Shown here one piece after another: positions 50,931 through 64,000 of a DNA stretch of 64,000 bases. The notes below the pieces were generated by a model. The model made no database searches. It saw only the letters and a program-made list of their open reading frames with translations, and was not told the origin of the DNA. The position numbers and the translations under genes are program-made. How positions within the stretch are numbered: the stretch's first letter is position 1; every line of letters begins with the position of its first letter. The stretch spans positions 130,262,001 to 130,326,000 of the forward strand of contig NC_043001.1 of NCBI RefSeq assembly GCF_006345805.1, written 5' to 3'. The stretch is from Octopus sinensis (Eukaryota).

Positions 50931-51241
50931 AATAATGATAATAATAATAATTATAATAATAATAATAATGATAATAATAATAATAATCCTTTTTACTATA
51001 GGTGCAAGGCCTGGAATTTTGGGGCAGGGGACTATTCAATTGCATTGACCCCAGTGTTTCACTGGTACTTAATTTATCGGCCCCAAAAGGATGTAAAGCA
51101 AAGTCGACCTCAGTTGAATTTGAACTCCGAATGTAAAGATGGACGAAATGTTGCTAAGTATTTTGCCCAGTGTACTAACGATTCTGCCTTAATAATAATA
51201 ATAATAATAACAATAATAATAATAATAATAATAATAATGAA

Positions 51242-51273
<32 letters not shown>

Positions 51274-51275
<2 letters not shown>

Positions 51276-51830
51276 GCCCTGATGCAGTATCATGCAGTGG
51301 CTCTCATAGGTTCTGATCTTAACTGATTAGAAGTGTCATCATGTACATTGTTTTGTCTTGGTATAAAAGATGGGCTACAGCAAATATTCTGATCAGTACC
51401 ACAGATTTGCTTGTCAGTTGTTTAACCTTAACCAGTTGACCATGTCCCTTAGTGGCTGATGATATGTGCATCTCTGATCACGAGCAGAAGTGGTGGGGGA
51501 GCATCATAGCCATATGTTGAGAGGGATTCTTTGGGGTTTGAATAATTCACCTCTGGAAACATGGGTGTTTCGTTCAACATCCTTAAACAATCCTTACTCA
51601 GGGACCTTTTGAGCGGGATGGGCTACTCGACCAGAAGAAAATTCTAACAGGGCCCCACCCGCAAGGTCATGTGCTGTTTATCTTGATATGAGATCACCAT
51701 GTCACGCACATATGGTTGTGATGCATGTGCCTGGTGTACCCTTATCAGACGGGTAGTCATGATGGGTATACTGGGCTTAGTATATTTGTACCCCAGCGTC
51801 ACTTTGATGGCATGCACTGCTCTCTCACTC
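51274..51830. mobile_element. Family F about 550-bp non-coding element flanked on both sides by (TAA)n
   Basis: Reverse complement of 57930-58485; no tRNA head or long ORF seen. Confidence 0.8.
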
Positions 51831-51855
51831 AATAATAATAATAATAATAATAATC

Positions 51856-51897
<42 letters not shown>

Positions 51898-51914
51898 TAA
51901 TAATAATTATAATG

Positions 51915-51954
<40 letters not shown>

Positions 51955-52423
51955 TAATAATAATGATAATGAACTTATTGTATATATTGCTCAGGTGCGC
52001 TACAGATCATCAGAAAAAGTAATCAAACTGCATGAACAGTACATAGAATATGCTCAGGAAGTGAACAGTGAAAAAGTCTTAAAAAGAAAGAAGAAATGGT
52101 TGTGGGGTGGGGTGGGATGCTGTTGCCGAATTTCAGGAAGCATGGAAGTTTTGAAGTGTGTATGTGTGTGTATCTTTGTGTCTGTGTTTGTTCCACACCA
52201 CCACTTGCCAATCGCTGTTGGTGTGTTTACATCCTCCATAACTTAGCTGTTCAGCAAAACGTGGTCACTAGAATAAGAACCAGGCTTCAAAATAATACTA
52301 GTACCGGGGTTGATTCATTCGATTAAAACGTTCTCCAAGGCAATGCTCTAGTATGGCCACAATCTGATAACTGAAACAAGTAAAAGTTATAAGCTGTATG
52401 CATCCATATTTACAAACTCTGTA

Positions 52424-52780
52424 AGGCATATGGCTCAGTGGTTAGGGCGTCAAGCTCACACTCATGAGATTGTGAGTTCGATTCCCAGATTGGGCTGTAT
52501 GTTGTGTTCTTGAGCAAGACACTTTATTTCACCTTATTGGTAAGACACCTTATTGTTCCAGTTCACTCAGCTACAAAAATGAGTTGTGACATCACTGGTG
52601 CCAAGCTGTATCGGCCTTTGTCTTTGCTGTGGATACCATCAGTGGCATGAAGAAGGGAGGCTGGAATGCATGGGCGACTTCTGGTCCTCTATAAGCAACC
52701 TGGCCCAGACTTGTTCTTTGGAAGGGGAACTTTCTAGGAGCAATGCCATAGTCATTTGGGACCAAAGGGGTCTTTAATCC
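52424..52780 (+). mobile_element. Family D SINE
   Basis: GGCATATGGCTCAGTGGTTAGGGCG head, B-box-like GAGTTCGATTCCC; homologous to 54668-55000. Confidence 0.85.
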
Positions 52781-52889
52781 CCACTATTTTACTACCTGTT
52801 TCCTTAATTATTATGTTAAAACTGGAAGACACAAATGCCTTTAAATAAAAATAATTTCAGTCATTGAATATATTAGGGTAAATATTGTA

Positions 52890-52926
<37 letters not shown>

Positions 52927-53099
52927 TGTGGTGGTGGTGGTGGTGGTGTGTAGGGAGCAAGCCCCTATATATCATCTCTCACTAGCAACTCAATTTTGTT
53001 AAACTGAACATAAGACAACCTATTGTTCATTTTTAATTTTATTTGACCTGAACTGAATGAAATAAAAAAAGGAAAAGTCACCTTACAACTATCCCATGT

Positions 53100-53757
53100 C
53101 ACTGCAACAATCACCAGCCCCACCACCAACACCACTACCTCCACTTCCCCCACCACAATCACAACCACCACCACTAACAACAACAACAACAGCTCTATAT
53201 CGTCTTCATCACCGTCACCACCCCCAACATACCATAATCATCACCACTACCACCATCATTATCATCGTCATCACACCACCCTCAAAACCATCACAACCAC
53301 CTCAACTGCCATCATCATCACCACAACTACCAACACCATTGCCACCACTGCTATGACCACATCACCACCACCACCACCACCACCCATCACCACCATTAAT
53401 ACCATCCATTGCCACCACCATCACCACTACCTCCACTTCCACCACCACAATCACAACCACCACCACTAACAACAACAATAACAGCTCTATACTGTCTTCA
53501 TCACCGTCACCACCCCTAACATACCATAATCATCACCACAACCACTACCTCCACAGCCACAATCATCACCACTACCACCATCATTATCATCGTCATCACA
53601 CCACCCTTAAAACCATCACAACCACCTCAACTGCCATCATCATCATCACCACAACTACCAACACCATTGCCACCACTGCTATGACCACATCACCACCACC
53701 ACCACCACCCATCACCACCATTAATACCACCCATTGCCACCACCATCACCACTACCT
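53100..53757. repeat. (ACC/ATC)-rich tract tandemly duplicated at about 290-320-bp period
   Basis: CCACCACTACCTCCACTTCC...AACAGCTCTATA..GTCTTCATCACCGTCACC occurs at about 53131 and 53422. Confidence 0.85.
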
Positions 53758-53945
53758 GGCAGTTGCAGATAATTCTAGCTTTTAGATGTGGTCAGGCTAT
53801 ATAATTATTTAACTGTTAATAATAGTTAGGTGACAGCCATGGGACAGCACTAAGCTTATTACCACTTTCCTCTGCTCCCCCCCTCCACCAGGGTCTGAAA
53901 GATGTGGTTGTTGGTGTAATTAATTAATATTGACAAGAATATGAG

Positions 53946-54430
53946 GGCTGCAAGCTGGCAGAATCGTTAGCCTGCCAGGTGAAAAGCTTAGTGGTATTTC
54001 GTCCACCGTTACGTTCTGAGTTCAAATTCCACTGGGGTCGACTTTGCCTTTCATCCTTTTGGGGTCGATTAAATAAGTACCAGTTACGCACTGGGGTCGA
54101 TATAATCGACTTAATCGATTTGTCTGTCCTTGTTTGTCCTTTCTCTATGTTTAGCCTCTTGTGGGTAGTAAAGAAATAGGTATTTCGTCTGCTGCTACAT
54201 TCTGAGTTCAAATTCCGCCGAGGTCAACTTTGCCTTTCATCCTTTCGGGGTCAAGTACATAAGTACCAGTTATACACTGGGGTCGATACAATCGACTTAA
54301 TCCGTTTGTCTGTCTTTATTTGCCCCTCTGTGTTTAGCACCTTGTGGGTAGTAAAGAAATACGTATTTCATCTGCTGTTATGTTCTGAATTCAAATTCTT
54401 TCAAGGTTGACTTTGCCTTTCATACTTTTG
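53946..54430 (+). mobile_element. Family B SINE trimer (one head, three bodies)
   Basis: Units restart at GTATTTCGTCTGC or GTATTTCATCTGC immediately after AAAGAAATA (about 54180 and 54362). Confidence 0.88.
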
Positions 54431-54667
54431 GGGGTCAATAAATTGAATACCAGTTGTGTATTGGAGCCAATCTAATCGACTGGCCCCTCTCCAAATATTT
54501 CGGGTTTTGTGCCTAGAGCAGAAAAGAATATGGACACACACTCGCACACACATACAAACTAGATAAATGAAGTCAGTAAAGAGTTAGTTTATGGATGTGT
54601 GTATAAGGTTAAGTGCTGCTAAAAGTGATTATATATTTCTAAATATCTATACATGTATATCTATGTG

Positions 54668-55000
54668 AAGGCACATGGCTCAGTGGTTAGAGCATCGAGC
54701 TTACGTTTGTGAGGTTGTGAGTTTGAATCCTGGACCAGGCAGCATGTTGTATTTTTCAGCAAGACACTTTATTTTACGTTACTCCAGTTCACTCAGCTGT
54801 AGAAATGAGTTGCGACATCACAGGTGCCAAGCTGTATCTGCCTTTGCCTTCCCCTTGGATAACATCAGTGGCATGGATAGGGGAGGCTGGTATGCATAGG
54901 CGACTGTTGGTCTTCCATAAACAACCTTGCCTGGGCTTATGCCTGGGAAGGTAACTTTCTAGGTGCAACCCCATGGTCATTTATGACCGAAGGGGGTCTC
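54668..55000 (+). mobile_element. Family D SINE
   Basis: GAAGGCACATGGCTCAGTGGTTAGAGC head. Confidence 0.85.
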
Positions 55001-55492
55001 AGCTCAGCGTATATACGCGTATACATGCATGTGCATGCACAAACACACACACACACACGTGAAATGCAAACATCAAATCAATTATTTTGCTCCAATGAAA
55101 GACTAACTGTGTGCAATGACCTCCCTCCAAGACCAGACAAAAGCTTGTAAGTTGATTCCAGGTTTCGAAAGACATATGACAGTACACAAAAATCATACCC
55201 CACAAACTGATTAATTAATCCAGTGGAAGTTACAACTTCCATCTGCCACCTTTGCTTCAAACCATACAGGTCTGCAGTGGAACTGAACAGTCATCGGAGG
55301 AGTCATGGATGGAAAGTCAGAAATGCTATTAATGACAAGGAAGCAAGAGATGAAAACCATTTGTAAAAGTGGATTAATCACTGTTTATGTACATATACAC
55401 ACCTTGAAGTTCAAATTCTGCAGAGAGAGATTATTCAGTTATTTTTTGTATATGTTTCAGCCCTAAGGCTTTGGCCACGCTGGGGCACCACT

Positions 55493-55775
55493 AGTAGTAA
55501 AAAAGGAAAAAGAAAATAAAGACAGCATCTAACACAGCAGAAAGTTTTACAAAAACCTTTGTATTTCAGGAGCAAAGGTCCATCCTCAGAAGGAAGCAAT
55601 CCAAGAAATGTCTAGTTACATGAATTTCATATTATAAAATAATGAAATCAATGTAACTAGACATTTCTTGGACTGCTTCCTTCAGAAGATAGGCCTTTGT
55701 ACTGAAATATAAAGGTTCTTGTAAAACTTTCTGCATTGTTAGAAGTTCTTTTTAGTTTCTTTTTTTTTTTCTACT
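55493..55775. repeat. About 280-bp imperfect palindrome
   Basis: Arms 55530-55621 and 55651-55741; the inner 33 bp pair with one mismatch; A-rich and T-rich outer extensions. Confidence 0.85.
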
Positions 55776-56107
55776 TCTGTACTACAATGCTTCAAGCAAA
55801 CTACAACACTCTTAACGAATATAGTTATTGTCAACAACTTATTGGTACATAATGATAGTACTGGCTCACATTATTCTGCTATTCTTTCAGTTGTTCCAGT
55901 CATTGGAATATGAAGAATTTGGTCTATAAAATCATTGTCATATTTTTTTATTTATATTTATTACACAAGACTTGTGCTTTTCCTATAATTCTCTTTTTTG
56001 TCCAACTGCTAAGTTACGGGGATATAAACAAACCAACACTGACTGTCAAGCGATGAAACAAACCCAAACCCAGAGAGGTACACACCATAATATATATATA
56101 CACATAC

Positions 56108-56163
<56 letters not shown>

Positions 56164-56322
56164 TATATATATATAGAGTTAATTATTTTTCTTTGAGGTG
56201 TGGTGCTGTCTTTTGTTGTGTTACTGCTTGTATTGTGTGTTGAGTGTGTAATTTGTTGGTTTTCTAGCTTGCTGGTGGTAGTTTATTTAATTGGGTAGAT
56301 GCTGTATAGAGTGTCTCTTGTA

Positions 56323-57191
56323 TGAGGTCTAATCAATAAGTATCCGGACATTGCCATGGTAACAAAGCTAAAGCACACAGAGTGAAGCTGCTTGGCATAA
56401 ATTGACATTGAACTCTGCTGTGCAGGTGCACTAAGTTTCAACATTCTAGCTCACTTCCACTGTTTACAGCAGTGCTTGGAAATGATATGTGTGGCATGTT
56501 ATCATCGCATTGACCATAACAAAGAAAGCTGTCATGGTGATACCTGCCCAAAGTTGCAGAAAGTGTATGGAGAGGAGTGTATGAGCCACACACAAGTGTA
56601 CAAGTGGTTTAGACATTTCAAAGATGGTCGAAAAAATGTCAATAGTGATGAACATTCTGAGAGACCTGCAACCAGCGGAACAGAGAAAAACATCACAGAT
56701 GTGTGTGCTGCTGTGAGGAGAAATTATCAAATCACCATCCATGAGTTATCAGAGAATGTGCATATTAGTTACAGTTCAGTTCAGTCCATTATCACTCAAG
56801 ATTTAGGTGAGATGCATGCCTGCCAAGTTTGTGTCAAAACTACTTTCAGCTGACCAAAAAGACACCCGGGTCTCAGTTATACAAGATCTCTTTGATTGTA
56901 TCGAAAATGATGAAAACTTTTTGAAAACTTTGAGTAGGCTTCAGAGCAGGTATTGCCAAGCTTTTGGCAAAATTTGATACAGATTGTCTGCTAAGCTTTC
57001 TCTGTCGTAGTCAATGTGACAATCACATGATACACATGTTACTTCCAAGCACTGCTGTAAACAGCAGAAGTGAGCTGGAATGATAAAACTTAGTGTGCAT
57101 GCACAGGATAGTTCAGGGTCAATCTGTGCCAAGTGGCTTTACTCTGCATGCTTTAGCTTCATCACTATGCCTACAGTCTGTATACATATTG

Positions 57192-57200
<9 letters not shown>
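56323..57200 (+). mobile_element. Mariner derivative whose right end is an inverted copy of its own 5' region
   Basis: TA|TGAGGTCTAATCAATAAGTATCCGGAC left end; mariner HTH remnant (KVYGEECMSHTQVYKWFRHFKDGR...RP.TS); about 56940-57200 is the diverged reverse complement of the 5' end. Confidence 0.8.
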
Positions 57201-57881
<681 letters not shown>

Positions 57882-57929
57882 GATTATTTATTATTATTAT
57901 TTATTATTATCATTATTATTATTATTATT

Positions 57930-58485
57930 ATGAGTGAGAGAGCAGTTCATGCCATCAAAGTGACACGGGGGTAAAATATACAAAGCCCAATATACCCATC
58001 ATGACTACCCGTCTGATAAGGGTATACCAGGCACATGCATCACAACCATATGTGCGCGACATGGTGATCTCATATCAAGATAAACAGCACATGACCTTGC
58101 AGGTGGGGCCCTGTTAGAATTTAATTCAGGTTGAGTAGCCCATCCCGCTCAAACGGTCCCTGAATAAGGGTTGTTTAAGGATGTTGAAAGAACCACCCAT
58201 GTTTCCAAAGGTGAATTATTCAAACCCCAAAGAATCCCTCTCAACACATGGCTATGATGCTCCCCCACTACTTTGCTCGTGATCAGAGATGCACATATCG
58301 TCAGCCACTAAGGGACATGCTCAACTGGTAAGGTCAAACAACTGACAAGCAAATCTGTGGTATTGAGCAGAATATTTGCTGTAGCCCATCTTTTATACCA
58401 AGACAAAACAATGTACATGATAACACTTCCAATCAGTTAAGATCAGAAGCCATGAGAGCCACTGCCTGGTACTGCATCAGGGCAT
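57930..58485. mobile_element. Family F element flanked on both sides by (TTA)n
   Basis: Homologous to 51274-51830; (TTA)n at 57768-57930 and 58487-58830. Confidence 0.8.
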
Positions 58486-58709
58486 GTTATTATTATTGTT
58501 ATTATTATTATTATTATTATATATTATTATTATTATTATAATTAATTATTATTATTATTATTATTATAATAATTATTATTATTATATATTTATTAATAAT
58601 ATTATTATTATTATTATATTATTATTATTATTATTATTAATTTATTATTATTATTTTATTATTATTATATTATTTATTATTATTTATTATTATATTATTA
58701 TTATTATTA

Positions 58710-58749
<40 letters not shown>

Positions 58750-58782
58750 ATTATTATTATTATATTATTATTATTATTATCC

Positions 58783-58829
<47 letters not shown>

Positions 58830-59519
58830 TATTCGTAAGACAGTCAAGACGAAGAGAAAGATTCGATTGTAAGATATTTTATTAGTTGAACGATATTTCA
58901 ACAGTACGTCTGTCTTTATTGTTATTATCATTATTATTAAGGCAGTGAGCTAGCCGAATCGTTAGCATGCCAGGCAAAATGTTTAGCAATATTTCATGTC
59001 TTTACATTCTGAGTTCAAATTCCACCATAATGGACTTTGCATTTCATCCTTTCAATGTGAACAAATGAAGTACCAGTGAAACACTGGGGTTGATGTAATC
59101 GACTCATCCCCACCTCCTATGGGCTGCCCTTGTGGCAAAAATTTTAAATAATAATTATTATTATCATTGTTATTCTTATTGATGTTATATTTGCTGTTGT
59201 TGTATTATCAAAAATGTGTGTTTAGAAATGAATAGTGAAGTCAACGCCAATGAAATTCCAAATACAGAAATGGGCAAAACTAAGTTACGTCATGCATTTA
59301 GTCCAGTGCCTGAAACATTCCTGCTCTTGCTGTTCATTATTTCAGTAATTAACCCACACTGATAACACCTTGTGATTAAAACCCAATTCTAATCTAAACA
59401 TCAAACAACGTAAACATTTTCTCATCCTACGCAAAAGTGCATTTCAAAATTATTTTTTGTTGTAGAATATTTTTACTTTTCATTTTTGTAAATTGTTGAA
59501 TCAGAAAGAAATACATGTG

Positions 59520-59553
59520 TGTGTGTGTTTGTAGTATATAGATATATATATAA

Positions 59554-59584
<31 letters not shown>

Positions 59585-59895
59585 ACCACACACACATATA
59601 AACATATACTGAATAAATGATGAGCGAATTTAGGATGCATAGATACATATGTATGTATCCATGTAATATTGGTGTATGTATGCATGTAACATATAACATA
59701 CATATATATTATATATATATATATATATAATATATATATACATACAAGTATACATATGAACATGCAGTTTTTTAATTAATATATCTAAAAATATTTGTGT
59801 GCATAAATATATAAGTGTGTGTGTGTTTGTTTATGTATATCTGTATGTACATGAATATGAATGTTGTATACATTCATACTACATCATACATACAT

Positions 59896-59965
<70 letters not shown>

Positions 59966-60473
59966 TGTATGTATGTATGTATGAGTATATTATGTATGTG
60001 TTTGTAATGTATATATATACATATGTACGTATGTATGTATGTTTATAGGTATGGCTGTAGTATATACGTATATGTGTGCATACATGTATGATGTTTATAT
60101 CTGTGGGAGAGTACATGAATGAATAAATGAAATCTTTAATTAAGACCACTGCTAATTGCTTAATAAATTTAAAAAGCAAAAGTGATATCAAATAATTCTT
60201 ACAACTTTATTGTTTTTGTTTTTACTACTCTACTGCTGCTGCTACTACTGCTGCTGCTGCTGCTGCTGTGCTGCTGCTTGGATGTTACAGTGGTGGTCCC
60301 TCTACCCCATTCCACCCTATATTAATGTCAGAGTCCAGTGTTTTGTCATAATAAAACATAATTACTGTACAAATGAGCATCATGGGGAAAGGTATGTTGT
60401 GTGTGTGAATTTGTGTGTATATTATTGTTTTATATGTGTGTGTGTGTGTATGTATATATATATATTATATATA

Positions 60474-60516
<43 letters not shown>

Positions 60517-60619
60517 TATATAACATATACTGAAATAAATGATGAGCGAAATTTAGGATGCATAGATACATATGTATGTATCCATGTAGATATGTGTGTA
60601 TGTATGCATGTATACATAT

Positions 60620-60666
<47 letters not shown>

Positions 60667-61171
60667 ACATACAAGTATACATATGAACATGCAGTTTTTT
60701 AATTAATATATCTAAAAAAATATTTGTGTGCATAAATATATAAGTGTGTGTGTGTGTGTGTTTATGTATATCTGTATGTACATGAATATGAATGTTGTAT
60801 ACATTCATACATACATACATACATACATTATATATACATATATATATATATTATATATATATGTATGTATATGTATGTATGTTGTATGTATGTATGTATG
60901 TATGTATGTATGTATGAGTATATATATGTATGTGTTTGTATATGTATATATATACATATGTACGTATGTATGTATGTTTATAGGTATGGCTGTATGTATA
61001 TACGTATATGTGTGCATACATGTATGATGTTTATATCTGTGGGAGAGTACATGAATGAATAAATGAAATCTTTAAATTAAGACCACTGCTAATGGCTTAA
61101 TAAATTTAAAAAGCAAAAGTGATATCAAATAATTCTTACAACTTTTATTGTTGTTGTTACTACTCCTGCTG

Positions 61172-61209
<38 letters not shown>

Positions 61210-61385
61210 TGTGATGTTACAGTGGTGGTCCCTCTACCCCATTCCACCCTATATTAATGTCAGAGTCCAGTGTTTTGTCATAATAAAACATAATTACTGT
61301 ACAAATGAGCATCATGGGGAAAGGTATGTTGTGTGTGAATTTGTGTGTATATTTATTGTTTTTATATGTGTGTGTGTGTGTGTGT
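59520..61385. repeat. About 925-bp tandem segmental duplication (two copies)
   Basis: Anchors GATGAGCG at 59619/60541 and CATGGGGAAAGG at 60381/61313. Confidence 0.9.
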
Positions 61386-61675
61386 TTATATTAGTGCACG
61401 TATTTGTGCATGTTGGGGGTATGTGTGTGCATGTACATCTTTATGTGCATATGTATATGTAAAAGTGTAGAAGTGTGAGTGCTTGTGAATGTGCCTATAT
61501 AAATATATATGTATGTATATATGTGCGTGTGCATGTATGTGTGTGCGTATATGTATTTATATATACATATATATATATAGATATATACACATATATATAT
61601 ATACATACATATATACACACACACATATATATATATATATACACACGCACACATATATATATACATATATATATT

Positions 61676-61727
<52 letters not shown>

Positions 61728-61822
61728 GGTATTTAAATATATATATATGAGTATAAATTTATAAATAGTATATACACATACATTTATATAGATATACATA
61801 TATATTATATGTATATATGTTG

Positions 61823-61861
<39 letters not shown>

Positions 61862-62799
61862 GTGTGTGTATATGTATATATACATATATGTACGTATGCA
61901 TTGTGCATATATTTATATGTATATACATATACACATATGCATATACATACATATGTGCATGCATGATTGCATCACTATATATTTTTATATAATTTATTTT
62001 GTCTTGGTGTTCTATGTATATGTGTATGTATGTGTGTGTGTGTGTGTGTGTTTGTATGTATGTGTGTATGTGAATATGTGAATCTATATTTATATATAGC
62101 ATATGTATATATTTGTGCACGTGTATTACATATCTCTATACATACGTGTGAATAGTATATGTATGTATTTGTGTGTGTGTGTGTGTGTAGTGGGAGTGGG
62201 TAGAAATATCAAAGTTGGAAGCAAGCATGCAGTATTAGAGAAAAATGATTTCCAGATGAGATAGTGTTTTAATAGATCCATAATTAGCAATCACTCATAA
62301 CTGATTGAGGTATTATTGATCTCTATCAGTGTCAAGCATCTACTGATATGCCAAAGGAGGAACACCTCATGTTTCAACTCAAACAGAGGATGCATACATA
62401 AGAGTTGTTGTTGTTTTTTTTAACCCTAGGTCAGTACTGATTCAGCAAACCTATGATCAAGAAGTATCCCAGACATGTCCATCTTGTCTTTTTCTGGGCA
62501 TTTGTCACTGTGTTATCAAATGTATGTAACCCTTCCTTTTATTTACATTTTTCAAAAATGCCGGAGAGTGATTTCGTGTTAATGGTAGTAGTGGGGAACT
62601 TAGCTGCTATTTCTAGCACATGACTTAACCATGTAGAGATACCCACATTGGCTTGAGTATGAAAGAGGACATCATTTTCACCAACTGACCATCTAAAATT
62701 CTGTGAAAGTTAATTTAGCTCTTCTTCCAGTTTCTATCTCTCTCCATCTTGCAACAAACATGATCACACAATCATACATGCAATCAAACATACATAAAT

Positions 62800-62933
62800 G
62801 CATGGAGACATACATACACACATACATACATACATACATACATACATACATACATACATTCCTACATACATGCATACATATATACATACATGCATACATA
62901 CATACTACATGCATACATGCATACATACATACA

Positions 62934-62964
<31 letters not shown>

Positions 62965-63120
62965 GTACGTACATACATACACACATACATACATACATAC
63001 ATACATACATACATTCCTACATACATGCATACATATATACATACATACATACATACATACATACATACATACATACATACATTCCTACATACATGCATAC
63101 ATATATACATACATGCATAA
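62800..63120. repeat. (TACA)n tetranucleotide array with interspersed TTCC variants
   Basis: Directly visible. Confidence 0.95.
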
Positions 63121-63930
63121 ACAAATCTCAATAAAATGTAAGCACAATAGACCTGACATAATGATTTGGGATAAAGAAGAGAAATTTGTAAAGTTATGGA
63201 AATAAGCTGCCCAGAGACATTAACATGAAGCTAAAGATCAGCAAAAAAGAGAATACCTATGCTGAACTATTGAGACACCTGCAGTTACTCTATCCAGATT
63301 ACAAGTTCAGATTTATACCTGTAATTATTGGGGTACGGGGTTAAGTAACACACTGCCTAATTATCCATCTTCAGAAATTAGGCTTCAGAAAAAAGTGGTG
63401 AGCTGGCAGAATTGTTAGCACGCCGGGCGAAATGCTTAGCGGTGTTTTGTCTGCCGTTATGTTCTGAGTTCAAATTCCACCGAGGTTGACTTTGCCTTTC
63501 ATCCTTTTGGGGTCGATAAATTAAGTACCAGTAACACACTGGGGTCGATGTAATCGACTTAATACCTATGCCTGTTCTTGTTTGTCCCCTCTGTGTTTAG
63601 CCCCTTGTGGGTAATAAAGAAATGGGTATTTTGTCTGCCGTTATGTTCTGAGTTCAAATTCCGCCGACGTTGACTTTGCCTTTCATCCTTTCGGGGTCGA
63701 TAAATTAAATACCAGTTATGCACTGGGGGTCAATGTAATCGACTTAATCCCTTTGTCTGTCCCCTTTATGTTTAGCCCCTTGTGGGCAATAAAGAAATAA
63801 GAAATTAGGCTTCTCAAAACCAGAAAGGAGAAAGCTGATTTGAAGACTATAGATTCAAGCCATCACATTACAGTTCACATGTAGGGAACTGTAAAAATCT
63901 GTAAAACTTTCCAGAAGTTTATCATTTACG
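63120..63930 (+). mobile_element. Degenerate restriction-like-endonuclease LINE C-terminus, split by a family B SINE dimer
   Basis: Reads IKCKHNRPDIMIWDKEEK...EISCP...FIPVIIG...HLQKLGF, and resumes after the SINE as SKPERRKLI. Confidence 0.7.
63387..63799 (+). mobile_element. Family B SINE dimer with 14-bp TSD
   Basis: TSD AGAAATTAGGCTTC at 63373-63386 and 63800-63813. Confidence 0.92.
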
Positions 63931-64000
63931 TATATATGAGTATGACTACACAAGCAACTACATGCATGAGAATACATACATAAAACAAAGCATACAGATC

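Noticed and set aside
59228-59362. 44-aa ORF MNSEVNANEIPNTEMGK...
   Set aside because: Short, with no recognisable motif or supporting signal; within chance expectation.

Overview
AT-rich, microsatellite-dense animal genomic DNA, most likely an octopod cephalopod (inferred from the repeat families and simple-repeat density, not proven). I recognise no intact host gene. Nearly all ORFs in the track are microsatellite or retroposon translations, and only a few low-confidence candidate exons remain. The window is dominated by retroposons: four tRNA-headed SINE families (my labels B-E), an RTE-LINE 3'-end family (A), a (TAA)n-embedded non-coding element (F), and 5'-truncated RTE, CR1/L2-like and restriction-like-endonuclease (R4/Dong-like) LINEs. 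DNA transposons include a full-length but dead Tc1-type element with DD36E spacing, mariner derivatives and TTAA (piggyBac-type) MITEs. The most interesting signal is absent from the ORF track: several minimal type I hammerhead ribozyme motifs (520-606, 9471-9515, 19162-19236, plus degenerate ones at about 3124-3196 and 18690-18720). They lie in non-coding elements, two of which show the direct or inverted repeat architecture of Penelope-like elements or retrozymes. Coordinates were counted by eye, and repeat boundaries are approximate unless a target-site duplication (TSD) or terminal inverted repeat (TIR) is quoted.
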